A stretch of DNA of 37,364 nucleotides from a virus (Duplodnaviria; Heunggongvirae; Uroviricota; Caudoviricetes), in the IMG/VR virus record IMGVR_UViG_2548876853_000021, one strand, 5' to 3'. Under the pieces are notes generated by a model. It worked only from the letters and a program-made list of their open reading frames with translations. It made no database searches and was not told the origin of the DNA. Made by a program: the position numbers and the translations under genes. Positions 27,960 to 36,311 of the stretch are shown piece by piece (positions within the stretch are counted from its first letter, which is position 1; every line of letters starts with the position of its first letter).

Positions 27960-28259
27960 ATGAAACGTATAACTTTCTCCTTTACGTTAGTAGCAATCAT
28001 CATAGCCTTAGCTGGATGTGCTTTGCCAGATAAAGACGGCGACTTCGGAGCTTATGTTCATGCCTGTCAGCAATATGCATACGGAAAATCCTATGCCTTT
28101 GAGAATAGAGACTTCGCGTATAAGGTCTGTAAGGACGCGGCGAAACTGTGGAGTGAAGAAGTTCCTGGCTATATCATCAGGCAAATTCAACTACATCCTG
28201 AAATACCCAGCGAAGAAATTAAATATGCAGCCATGGCCGGCTCTTTGGGTAACAACTAA
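27960..28259 (+). CDS. small lipoprotein, function unknown (accessory)
   Basis: 99 aa; signal peptide with lipobox LAGC; Cys-containing mature part. Confidence 0.65.
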   Translation: MKRITFSFTLVAIIIALAGCALPDKDGDFGAYVHACQQYAYGKSYAFENRDFAYKVCKDAAKLWSEEVPGYIIRQIQLHPEIPSEEIKYAAMAGSLGNN

Positions 28260-28272
28260 ATCAACTTATGAG

Positions 28273-28294
28273 AAAGGGGCTTAATGCCCCTTTT
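28273..28294. terminator. hairpin between convergent small lipoprotein gene and minus-strand small ORF
   Basis: aaaggggc-ttaat-gcccctttt. Confidence 0.4.
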
Positions 28295-28326
28295 CGGTTC
28301 CCTTATCAAGTCCTAACGAAACAAGC

Positions 28327-28515
28327 TCAACTGATTACATCCATCGACCTACTGTATTCATGGCTTCGAATTTTCGCCATCAACTCATCAGTCAATTCAG
28401 AAACCCACTGCAGAGCTAGCCCCTTCTCTTCATCACTACACTCACTAGCCGCTACAAGCTTAAGAAAAAAATCAATGCGCTGGAGCTTCAAAGACTCCAA
28501 AAAATAGTCCTGCAT
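28327..28515 (-). CDS. small hypothetical protein (about 62 aa, helical, acidic)
   Basis: internal ATG preceded by GGAGGAAAG; the longer ORF-track start (28617) is less likely. Confidence 0.4.
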   Translation of the reverse strand: MQDYFLESLKLQRIDFFLKLVAASECSDEEKGLALQWVSELTDELMAKIRSHEYSRSMDVIS

Positions 28516-28668
28516 CTTTCCTCCTATAACACCATACGCAATACTGTACATATAACCACTGTTTATATTTACAGTATATAATAATCTTACTGATGTAAAA
28601 CGTTTTTTTACGTTCATCAGCCTGATATGCCTGGTATTATTAAGAGCACGAATTGTTAACCCGCGTGA

Positions 28669-31083
28669 TTAATACAGGTTCCGCCACTTATCATCTTCCT
28701 GCAAACGCTGGTTCCGATAGAAGATACGCAGGCCTGCTCCTGACGGAATACTGCCACCGCAAAGGAGCAAATCGACCTCTTTCTCGCTGCCATCAAATCC
28801 TCTGGACTTCAGTTCATAGACGAGCTGCTGACGCTGATACTCTGTAATTCGCTGTTTGTAGTCTTTACGCCGTTTCGGTTTAACCAGGCGCAATCTTGCT
28901 GCCAGTTCCCGGCGCTCTTTTTTGCTCATACTGTGCAGGTAATCGTGCAATTCCTTGTCATCCATGCAGGTAATGTCCGTTCTGGTATCCCCATCTGCTG
29001 ATTCATCTTTCTCATGTTGGTTCAAATTTTCAGCAAGGGGACAGTTATTGCCACGAGTCCAAGGGGCGCAAGCGCCCTGGTCGGCTGCCGCCTCCTGAAC
29101 GTCAACGGCTTTACGAACCATTTTCCACTTCACTGCATGAGTGCAGATCTTGCCCTCTGCAATGGGTGACCAGATGCCATAAATACGAATACCGTGATCG
29201 CCATAGGCGGTCGGCTCTTCGTTGATTTCATAAGCGGTTCTGATGAGGTGATATTTACGGGGAACCAGTACGCCGCCCTGCTTCATGATGTAGGAGGCAA
29301 AGCAACCAGCATCAGCTGCAGCCAGAATGGCATCAAGGCGCGGGTTATCCAGTACCGGCGCACCTGCTTTTTTGTCACCCTGTTGCCTTGCCGCCTGACC
29401 AGCCAACAATCGCAGTTCACGGTAAGCCTGACGCCCCGGAATGCCAAAGAAGCGGAATTGCTGAACACGATGCAGAGACGCCCAGGCATTAACGTATTCA
29501 GCGTTATCACGCAGAGATTTCCCCGTTTCCTTGCTGATCTCGCCAGCCAGACCACGCCCGTCAATGTTCTTACTGATGTATTTCGCGATATAGCTTGTTG
29601 GCGTACCTTTGCGCGGGTTAATCAACTCAGACTTAAAGCGCGGCCCAGTGTTATTGCCCAGCTCCTCGCGGTCTTCACGGATGGCAAACTTACGCAGTAA
29701 TGCAGTGATGGCGCGGCGGTCTTTTTTGCGCATAAAACACAACAGGTGCCAGTGAACTGTACCGTCATGATGCGGCTCAGCCACCCGCACGCCATACCAG
29801 CGCAATCCGGCTTTGTGCATCGCCTTACGAAATGCAGCAAACATGCCGACCAGATAATCACTACTTTGTCTTACCGTCGCATTTGTCCAGGTTGGGTTGG
29901 ACCTGCCGTTATTTAGCGTGGAATGGAAACGTGACGGACAGGTGATGGTGTAGAAAACGGCGCAGTCACCGCGCATTTCCGCGATAAGCTCCAGACCTTT
30001 AACACAGGCCATCATCTCATTGCGGCGATGCGCAGGGTTGCTGCTGCTGGCGTTTACCACATCCTCCATGTCCAGCGTGTCGCCGTCTTCGTTCACCAGT
30101 TCATGAGAACGGAAAAACTCCAGCGACTTACGGCGCTGCTCACGTTTATGCATCACGGCTTCATAGCTGACATAAGGAGATGCTTTTTTGCTGACCAGGC
30201 AGACAGCGCGCAACTGCTCTTCCCGCCATTCGCAACGCATCTTCCATAATTTCCGATACCACCAGTCGGCGCACAACATACGCGCCAGCGAACCCGGAAT
30301 GAGTTCATAGGGCACGGGTTTACGGCGGTTTCTTTTCCAGCGGAGTTGCTCAAACGCAGGTGGGATGACATCCAGACGCAGGGTTTCCGCTGCCACCTTT
30401 TCCCATGTCTTGCGGATTTCTTCTGGCTTAACATCATCGGTGGCGTACAAATCACCACAAGCGGCATCAAGACACATGCTCATATGCGCAGCGACAAGAG
30501 TAGACAGGCGTTTCACCTGATCCTGACTCATTTCAGGCAGGATCAGCAGGCCGTCCAGCCCTTCATGGCTTGCCATAAAGCGAAAAGAAGTGGATAGCTG
30601 ACTGTCGCGTACATGCTCCAGTCGTTCCAGACATGGCTTAATCGTCTCACGCAAATAGCGGGAATAAGCCTTTGGCCTGCCCAGGCTGCTGAAGTATTCA
30701 ATACGTTGCATCAGCGGCTTGCTGATATGGGAAGACTGGGCGTTTACGTCCGCCAGAATGACCATGTCTGGATTAAAACGCTGCTGCTCATGCGCCAGCT
30801 TTGCCCGGCTAATGAGCTTATCCTGCTCCATTTCGCGCTGGACAGGATCACGGGATTCATTAAAGAAATAACGCTCCCAGACCTGCTCACTCAGTGCCTC
30901 GCGGCGCAGTTGTTCCTGTTCGTTATCGGCAGCGTACAGAGTGATCAGGTTTGAAAGTGCAGACTCCGGCGCAACTTCCGCCGGATCCAGATAAGGGTTA
31001 ATGGCCTTTTTCGGGCCGTTCCATGAAAATGATGCAGCGGCCTCGTTAAAGCCGCTAGAGTTGCTCATATCGTCATGACTCAT
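28669..31083 (-). CDS. A: replication initiation protein A (rolling-circle initiator)
   Basis: 804 aa; P2/186 gpA size and position; ATGA overlap with the upstream dam stop. Confidence 0.9.
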   Translation of the reverse strand: MSHDDMSNSSGFNEAAASFSWNGPKKAINPYLDPAEVAPESALSNLITLYAADNEQEQLRREALSEQVWERYFFNESRDPVQREMEQDKLISRAKLAHEQQRFNPDMVILADVNAQSSHISKPLMQRIEYFSSLGRPKAYSRYLRETIKPCLERLEHVRDSQLSTSFRFMASHEGLDGLLILPEMSQDQVKRLSTLVAAHMSMCLDAACGDLYATDDVKPEEIRKTWEKVAAETLRLDVIPPAFEQLRWKRNRRKPVPYELIPGSLARMLCADWWYRKLWKMRCEWREEQLRAVCLVSKKASPYVSYEAVMHKREQRRKSLEFFRSHELVNEDGDTLDMEDVVNASSSNPAHRRNEMMACVKGLELIAEMRGDCAVFYTITCPSRFHSTLNNGRSNPTWTNATVRQSSDYLVGMFAAFRKAMHKAGLRWYGVRVAEPHHDGTVHWHLLCFMRKKDRRAITALLRKFAIREDREELGNNTGPRFKSELINPRKGTPTSYIAKYISKNIDGRGLAGEISKETGKSLRDNAEYVNAWASLHRVQQFRFFGIPGRQAYRELRLLAGQAARQQGDKKAGAPVLDNPRLDAILAAADAGCFASYIMKQGGVLVPRKYHLIRTAYEINEEPTAYGDHGIRIYGIWSPIAEGKICTHAVKWKMVRKAVDVQEAAADQGACAPWTRGNNCPLAENLNQHEKDESADGDTRTDITCMDDKELHDYLHSMSKKERRELAARLRLVKPKRRKDYKQRITEYQRQQLVYELKSRGFDGSEKEVDLLLCGGSIPSGAGLRIFYRNQRLQEDDKWRNLY

Positions 31084-31937
31084 ACACGCACCTCGTACAC
31101 AGCAGAACTATCCACGCCACGCGAAGGATCAAATCCCACCCAGCAGCGCGCCCCAGAAACAGCAATGATTTCTGTTGCAGATTTACTCTCGCCAGCCGAC
31201 ACGCCGATGCTGCGTTTTGCCTTGATGTAGTGGTGAGTAAAATTGCGATACAGCGAACGGATCAGGGATGTGTCACTGTTAGAAACAATGACCGGATGTC
31301 CTTCTGATGACCGATGTTCAAGAACAGATGCCAGGTGATACTGGTCATCTTCAGTGAAGCCGTCAGTGTGATAGCCGGAAAACGTACCGTCATACGGCGG
31401 ATCGCAATACACCACATCCCCCGCCTTCAACATCGCCAGCGTTTCATCAAAGCTGGCGCAGATAAACGTTGCTCGCTGGGCCTTTTCTGCAAATGCGCGA
31501 ATTTCTTTTTCAGGGAAATACGGATTTTTATAATTACCGTAGGGAATGTTGAAATGCCCGCTCTTGTTATAGCGACATAAACCACGGTAACCGTGACGAT
31601 TGAGATACAGGAAATATACCGCTTTCATGAAATCAGTAATTTCAGTTGAGTAATTAAACTCCTGCCTTATGTTGTAATAAGTCACCTCCCTGTTTGCTTC
31701 CTCAAATAAAGCTCTGGCGCGAGATATAAACGATTCACAATCAGCGGCAACCTTTTTATAGAGGTTGATTAAATCAGGATTAATATCCGCAACCAGATAG
31801 CTGGGATAATCCGTCTCCATCATCACAGCACAGGAACCCGCGAAAGGTTCAACCAGTCGCGGGCCAGCAGGAAGATGTTTTTTCAGTTCGGACATTATGG
31901 CAGTTTTATTTCCCGCCCATTTCAGGATGGTGCTCAT
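31080..31937 (-). CDS. dam: DNA adenine methyltransferase (Dam-like)
   Basis: about 285 aa from [11 protein letters not shown]; motifs EPFAGS (AdoMet binding) and DPPY (catalytic). Confidence 0.85.
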   Translation of the reverse strand: MSTILKWAGNKTAIMSELKKHLPAGPRLVEPFAGSCAVMMETDYPSYLVADINPDLINLYKKVAADCESFISRARALFEEANREVTYYNIRQEFNYSTEITDFMKAVYFLYLNRHGYRGLCRYNKSGHFNIPYGNYKNPYFPEKEIRAFAEKAQRATFICASFDETLAMLKAGDVVYCDPPYDGTFSGYHTDGFTEDDQYHLASVLEHRSSEGHPVIVSNSDTSLIRSLYRNFTHHYIKAKRSIGVSAGESKSATEIIAVSGARCWVGFDPSRGVDSSAVYEVRV

Positions 31938-32161
31938 ACAGCACCTCCGTTGTAATGTTTGCCTTTCAGCTCTGCGATTTCCTGACAGGTAATGCAAAGC
32001 TGCACCCCCGGAATGGCACGGCGGCGTGCTGGCGGAATTGGCGCTTCACACTCAATGCAAAGCACGCGGGACACGCCCGGTGTTTTGGCGCGGGCAGCAC
32101 GGATATGACGCTGGCGTTCTTCTTCAACGCGCTGCTGTACGAGATCCATTGCATCAGCCAT
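31934..32161 (-). CDS. DksA/TraR-family C4 zinc-finger protein
   Basis: 75 aa; CIEC-x17-CITC. Confidence 0.75.
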   Translation of the reverse strand: MADAMDLVQQRVEEERQRHIRAARAKTPGVSRVLCIECEAPIPPARRRAIPGVQLCITCQEIAELKGKHYNGGAV

Positions 32162-32400
32162 TAGTGGATCTCCTGCGCTTCGTTCTGGATTGCTTCAGCG
32201 GTCACACGCAGCAGTTCTGCTGCTTCGACGTGGTTTAGCTGGCGGGATGTGATATGACACGCCAGGCTATCAAGGCGGGCAGCCATTGCCTCAGCCCTTG
32301 CCCGACGTTCTTCAAGACGGGCCTCTGTCAGTAAAATATTAAGCCCTACGTCATCCGGTCCGGTTTTAGTCGTGAGGGTTTCAATATTACGCATAATCAA
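32161..32400 (-). CDS. hypothetical early protein
   Basis: 79-aa ORF in the operon context; start overlaps upstream stop. Confidence 0.55.
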   Translation of the reverse strand: MIMRNIETLTTKTGPDDVGLNILLTEARLEERRARAEAMAARLDSLACHITSRQLNHVEAAELLRVTAEAIQNEAQEIH

Positions 32401-32461
32401 TTCTCCTGAATTTAGATAAAGGGATGCCCGGCGGGTTTACGCCATGATTTTCATTAATTGG

Positions 32462-32803
32462 TTAATTCGGCATGGTTAGCCGTCTGGGAAATAAGCTCAC
32501 CACTGCACGAAAATGATTCATTGCTTTAATCAGCTCCCGCTTTTCGTCAGTGGTCAGCTCATTAATGCTGATGCTATGACGTTCAGCTGGAATTTTTGCC
32601 ATAAAGAATATGGCAGCTAGTGCCCGTTTATTTTGTTCATTATTGATATCCCGTGGATCACGCATATCTTTAATAAACCGCTCAAGCTCTGACTCAATAT
32701 TCAGGCCAAAAACTTTCGCCCTTAATTCCGCTATGTGATTAAGTCCATTCAGGCGTTCACCGGGGCTTAATGGAACAGTCGCCGCAGCGCCATTAATTGC
32801 CAT
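32462..32803 (-). CDS. hypothetical early protein
   Basis: 113-aa ORF in the early operon. Confidence 0.55.
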   Translation of the reverse strand: MAINGAAATVPLSPGERLNGLNHIAELRAKVFGLNIESELERFIKDMRDPRDINNEQNKRALAAIFFMAKIPAERHSISINELTTDEKRELIKAMNHFRAVVSLFPRRLTMPN

Positions 32804-32825
32804 AATTCATATCCCCAAAACGCAA

Positions 32826-33050
32826 CTATCGTTCTTTGTTCTTACGGTAACGCTCAAGGGGAGATACATTTTTTCGTACCGTCTCTTTAACCTGCTCTCC
32901 CCGTAAAAACGTCCCATCCTTTAGCGTGAAAAAGTAACTGCCATCGCCCGACAACGACGGATAACAACAGAGCAAATCATCTTCAGGTACTGAATAACTC
33001 TCCCCTCTGTAACGAAACTGATAAACCACTTCACTTTCCGCTGCATACAT
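32826..33050 (-). CDS. hypothetical early protein
   Basis: 74-aa ORF with GGAG Shine-Dalgarno. Confidence 0.55.
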   Translation of the reverse strand: MYAAESEVVYQFRYRGESYSVPEDDLLCCYPSLSGDGSYFFTLKDGTFLRGEQVKETVRKNVSPLERYRKNKER

Positions 33051-33217
33051 TTTGACTTTCTCCGTTTCCTCGTGGTCAATTCAGACAGCAATTCATCTTG
33101 TGAATGACATGGATGCCAGCGTTTACCATCCTCACCCATGATCCAGCCGTGACCGTAGTGCATTGCCGGGCTTTGTTTTACCAGCAGCGATGCAAATGAT
33201 GGTTCTTTCGTCAGCAT
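32921..33217 (-). CDS. small hypothetical early protein; 3' extent uncertain (out-of-frame overlap with the next gene)
   Basis: ATG 7 nt after the cII stop; N-terminal about 50 aa look protein-like, remainder Cys/Arg-rich. Confidence 0.3.
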   Translation of the reverse strand: MLTKEPSFASLLVKQSPAMHYGHGWIMGEDGKRWHPCHSQDELLSELTTRKRRKSKCMQRKVKWFISFVTEGRVIQYLKMICSVVIRRCRAMAVTFSR

Positions 33218-33224
33218 AAGCACC

Positions 33225-33734
33225 TCACAGCAAACCGAATGAAGCACCGAGGCCAGTCACGGTATCAACTGCACTCGCCATCGCAGGATTAGCCTGTAAA
33301 CGGGCCTGCAATGAAACAGCCGCCAGCGCCATCAGTCGTGTTACAGAATTAATGCTGCTGATCGCATCGCGACGGCCTGCACTGGTTTTTACATCGCCAG
33401 AAACCGCACCTGCAGCAACACGCCCGATCTCTGCGGTTGCACTCATGACGTAATGTGGCAGTCTCTCTTTTGCCACCTCATTTACCGGTATACATGGCAG
33501 GCAGTGAATCTGAGCCAGAAATCCATCAACCAGTGTTGGGTCTTCAGTGAGATCGGTTAACTGCCAGATATCTGACGCAGTAAGTTGGTGTGGTTGTTCC
33601 GGGTTGAGCTTGTTACGCAAGGTTTGAACGTTCATACCTGCGCGCTCTGCCAGCTTCGCCATGTTGTGTCGTAGGGCGAAGGCCCGGCAGGCTTCATTGA
33701 AATGGGGATGTTTTGAAATGCGATAGTCAAACAT
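33225..33734 (-). CDS. cII: CII-like regulatory protein (186 CII type)
   Basis: 169 aa, same length as 186 CII; second gene of the lytic operon after apl. Confidence 0.75.
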   Translation of the reverse strand: MFDYRISKHPHFNEACRAFALRHNMAKLAERAGMNVQTLRNKLNPEQPHQLTASDIWQLTDLTEDPTLVDGFLAQIHCLPCIPVNEVAKERLPHYVMSATAEIGRVAAGAVSGDVKTSAGRRDAISSINSVTRLMALAAVSLQARLQANPAMASAVDTVTGLGASFGLL

Positions 33735-33766
33735 AGTCAGTTGCTCCGTGAAGTCTCAAAATGGAA

Positions 33767-33988
33767 CTAGTTGATAGTCACGTTGCAATCAGAGAGGGCA
33801 TCGATCGTCATCGCAGCAATGTTAATCATCACTTTTTCACGCTTTTTATCCTTACGTAGGCGATGACGAGGCAAACGCCCATCTGCAAGCATGTCGTTAA
33901 TTGTGTCGATAGATAAGCCAGTGAGTTCACTATATCTTTCTATAGTAACGTGGGGGGTGATGAGAGTGATTGAAATGTTAGGTCTCAT
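33767..33988 (-). CDS. apl: Apl/Cox-like excisionase-repressor
   Basis: 73 aa from ATG with AAGAGGA Shine-Dalgarno; small basic HTH protein divergent from cI. Confidence 0.7.
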   Translation of the reverse strand: MRPNISITLITPHVTIERYSELTGLSIDTINDMLADGRLPRHRLRKDKKREKVMINIAAMTIDALSDCNVTIN

Positions 33989-34113
33989 GATGCAACATTC
34001 CTCTTTTAGCAATGATTAATCAGGATGAATACTGATCGTTTGTATTATGTGAACACTGCAAACATACGATCACATCATGAAATCGTCAAGGTAAAAGTTC
34101 ACTTGGAGTGACC
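33989..34113. promoter_or_regulatory. apl-cI intergenic switch region with candidate operator dyad
   Basis: 125-bp AT-rich region between divergent genes; inverted repeat tgatcgtttgt (34033-34043) / acatacgatca (34062-34072). Confidence 0.5.
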
Positions 34114-34677
34114 ATGAATTTGGAAAAAGGCGGTCGTGGGGCCATAGAGCGCATGGTTGAAGCCTATGGTTTCAAGACAAGACAAGCTTTGTGTGATCAT
34201 TTGGGCATTTCTAAAAGCACCTTAGCCACGCGCTATATGCGTGATTCATTCCCGGCAGAATGGGTAATCCAATGTGCACTTGAAACCGGCACGTCGCTAG
34301 AGTGGCTAACTACTGGGCAAGGTTCAAAAGAAAGTTCACAAAAAGAAAACACAAAAGAGATCGAAAGGAAGATTTTATCAAGCGGAAAACTACTTCCTGA
34401 TGGTTACTACATTTTCGACAACAACTTTTTGCCTGAAAAACTAAAAAAACCTTTTGTTGTGATCGATGGCGCATCAGAGTTTATCTGTGATTCGGATTAT
34501 GAGGATGTACGTGATGGTAAGTGGATCGTTGATATTGATGGCGAGGTTGCTATCAGGAATCTGACAAGACTGCCGGGACGTCGTCTAAATGTCGATGGCG
34601 GCAGCAGTTCCTTTGAATGCAAAATAGATGAAATTGATATCATAGGAAAAATTAGAAGCGCGATCGTCAATTATTAA
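34114..34677 (+). CDS. cI: CI immunity repressor (186 CI type)
   Basis: 187 aa from ATG with GGAG Shine-Dalgarno; N-terminal HTH; size and position as 186 CI. Confidence 0.8.
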   Translation: MNLEKGGRGAIERMVEAYGFKTRQALCDHLGISKSTLATRYMRDSFPAEWVIQCALETGTSLEWLTTGQGSKESSQKENTKEIERKILSSGKLLPDGYYIFDNNFLPEKLKKPFVVIDGASEFICDSDYEDVRDGKWIVDIDGEVAIRNLTRLPGRRLNVDGGSSSFECKIDEIDIIGKIRSAIVNY

Positions 34678-34700
34678 AATTAATGTATAAGGAAATAAAT

Positions 34701-34886
34701 ATGTTTTATAAATCTATACATATCCTACTTATTTGTTTATTTATTACTTTACCTATTACAAGTTTTGCAAAAAATTATCCATGTTCTGGTAAGAAAGGGG
34801 GAGTTTCACATTGTACATCTGATGGGAAGTTCGTTTGCAATGATGGAACGCAAAGCAAGTCAAAGAAAATATGTTCTAAAAACTAA
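34701..34886 (+). CDS. small secreted Cys-rich peptide (predicted signal peptide, about 38-aa mature peptide)
   Basis: [23 protein letters not shown] signal-like N-terminus, then a Lys-rich mature region with 4 Cys; AAGGA Shine-Dalgarno; very AT-rich. Confidence 0.5.
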   Translation: MFYKSIHILLICLFITLPITSFAKNYPCSGKKGGVSHCTSDGKFVCNDGTQSKSKKICSKN

Positions 34887-34897
34887 GGTTGCTTCAT

Positions 34898-36229
34898 ATG
34901 AATAATGATATGACTTTTGAAAACAGAGATGAGTATAATAGAAAAATCATTGCTGAAAAAATAATAAGCTTACTCGAGTCCCCCTTAAAAATATCCCCTA
35001 TTGTTATCGATGGGGACTGGGGTACCGGTAAAACCGAATTTTCAAAAAAATTAGCGGCATTGATTGAAAAAAATGAATCTGGGCATAAAGTAGTATATAT
35101 TGATGCATTTACTGAAGATCATAATGATGCTCCCATACTTACTATAATGGCTGCAATAGTTGCATTATATCCAGAGAGTGAAAAGAAGGAATTAATATCA
35201 AAGGCATTACCAGCATTGAGATTTGGACTTAAAACTGTACTCAAAGCTGGCGCTGGGTGGATTTTAAAACAAAATGCAGATGATATTGCGGATGAATTCG
35301 AAGATGCTATTAAAGATGCGGCTAACTCAGCTATAGATGGTACTGTAGAAGCACTGCTTGATGATCATATTGAAGCAAAGAAACATTTGCTTGCTCTCAA
35401 GGAAGTACTTGCTGAACTAACTAGCGAAAATAAAATAACAATTATCATTGACGAACTTGACCGTTGTAAACCAAGCTTTGCCATCTCTATCATCGAAAAT
35501 ATAAAACATGTTTTTGACACTGAAAATCTTAACTTCTTGTTAGTTGCTAACATCTCACAATTGAAAGCATCAATAAATCATATTTACGGTGCAGGTGTTG
35601 ACTCAGAAAGATATCTTGATAAATTTATAAAATTCACTTACAGCCTGCCAGTGACTTTCACTGAAAACAATTACGATAAAATTTTGGCTTCGAACTCTCA
35701 TTTTAGAATGCTATGTAACGAGTCTGAAAGACTAAAAGAAATTGGAGAAAGTAGTATTCATATAGTTCAAAAATTTATCGAACTAAAAGGCTTGTCGCTA
35801 CGGGAAGTTGAAACCTTATCAAGATATCTAGAAATTTATCAAATTTTATCTCAAAATGAAATCAGCAATAAATTTATACCAGGCTATTGCTGTTATCGAA
35901 CCCTTGCAGTAATTCTTTATTCGTTTGGTCGTGAACTGGCCCTTAACTACGTAGAAGATAAAATAGATGCACAATTAATAATCAATTTCTTCGGTGTTAA
36001 TAGACTCCCATATCAGACAGATCAATATAACATCAACATCTACTATTATGCATTATTTGGTATAACTTATAAATATATGCCAGAAGGTTCTCCTTTACTT
36101 CCTTCTGAAAACGATGAAAAAAACAGATGGGCTGAAATAAGTGATTATCATATTTTAAAAGGAAATGCAGGTGTAGAAGACCCTGTTAGAATATTCAAAA
36201 ACACCTTAAAAGTTTTCTTGCTCCAATGA
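34898..36229 (+). CDS. KAP-family P-loop NTPase
   Basis: 443 aa; Walker A GDWGTGKT and Walker B IIIDELDRC typical of KAP NTPases; Shine-Dalgarno overlaps the stop of the upstream small ORF; AT-rich. Confidence 0.8.
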   Translation: MNNDMTFENRDEYNRKIIAEKIISLLESPLKISPIVIDGDWGTGKTEFSKKLAALIEKNESGHKVVYIDAFTEDHNDAPILTIMAAIVALYPESEKKELISKALPALRFGLKTVLKAGAGWILKQNADDIADEFEDAIKDAANSAIDGTVEALLDDHIEAKKHLLALKEVLAELTSENKITIIIDELDRCKPSFAISIIENIKHVFDTENLNFLLVANISQLKASINHIYGAGVDSERYLDKFIKFTYSLPVTFTENNYDKILASNSHFRMLCNESERLKEIGESSIHIVQKFIELKGLSLREVETLSRYLEIYQILSQNEISNKFIPGYCCYRTLAVILYSFGRELALNYVEDKIDAQLIINFFGVNRLPYQTDQYNINIYYYALFGITYKYMPEGSPLLPSENDEKNRWAEISDYHILKGNAGVEDPVRIFKNTLKVFLLQ

Positions 36230-36287
36230 AATGTTTGATTGAAGATCTTTAAACATTGACCACTGTTCAAACATACAGTTAAATTTA

Positions 36288-36311
36288 GTCCTCAGACATG
36301 AGGACTTTTTT
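36288..36311 (+). terminator. intrinsic terminator after the KAP gene; its stem contains the int Shine-Dalgarno
   Basis: gtcctca-gaca-tgaggac then TTTTTT, directly abutting the int ATG at 36312. Confidence 0.55.
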
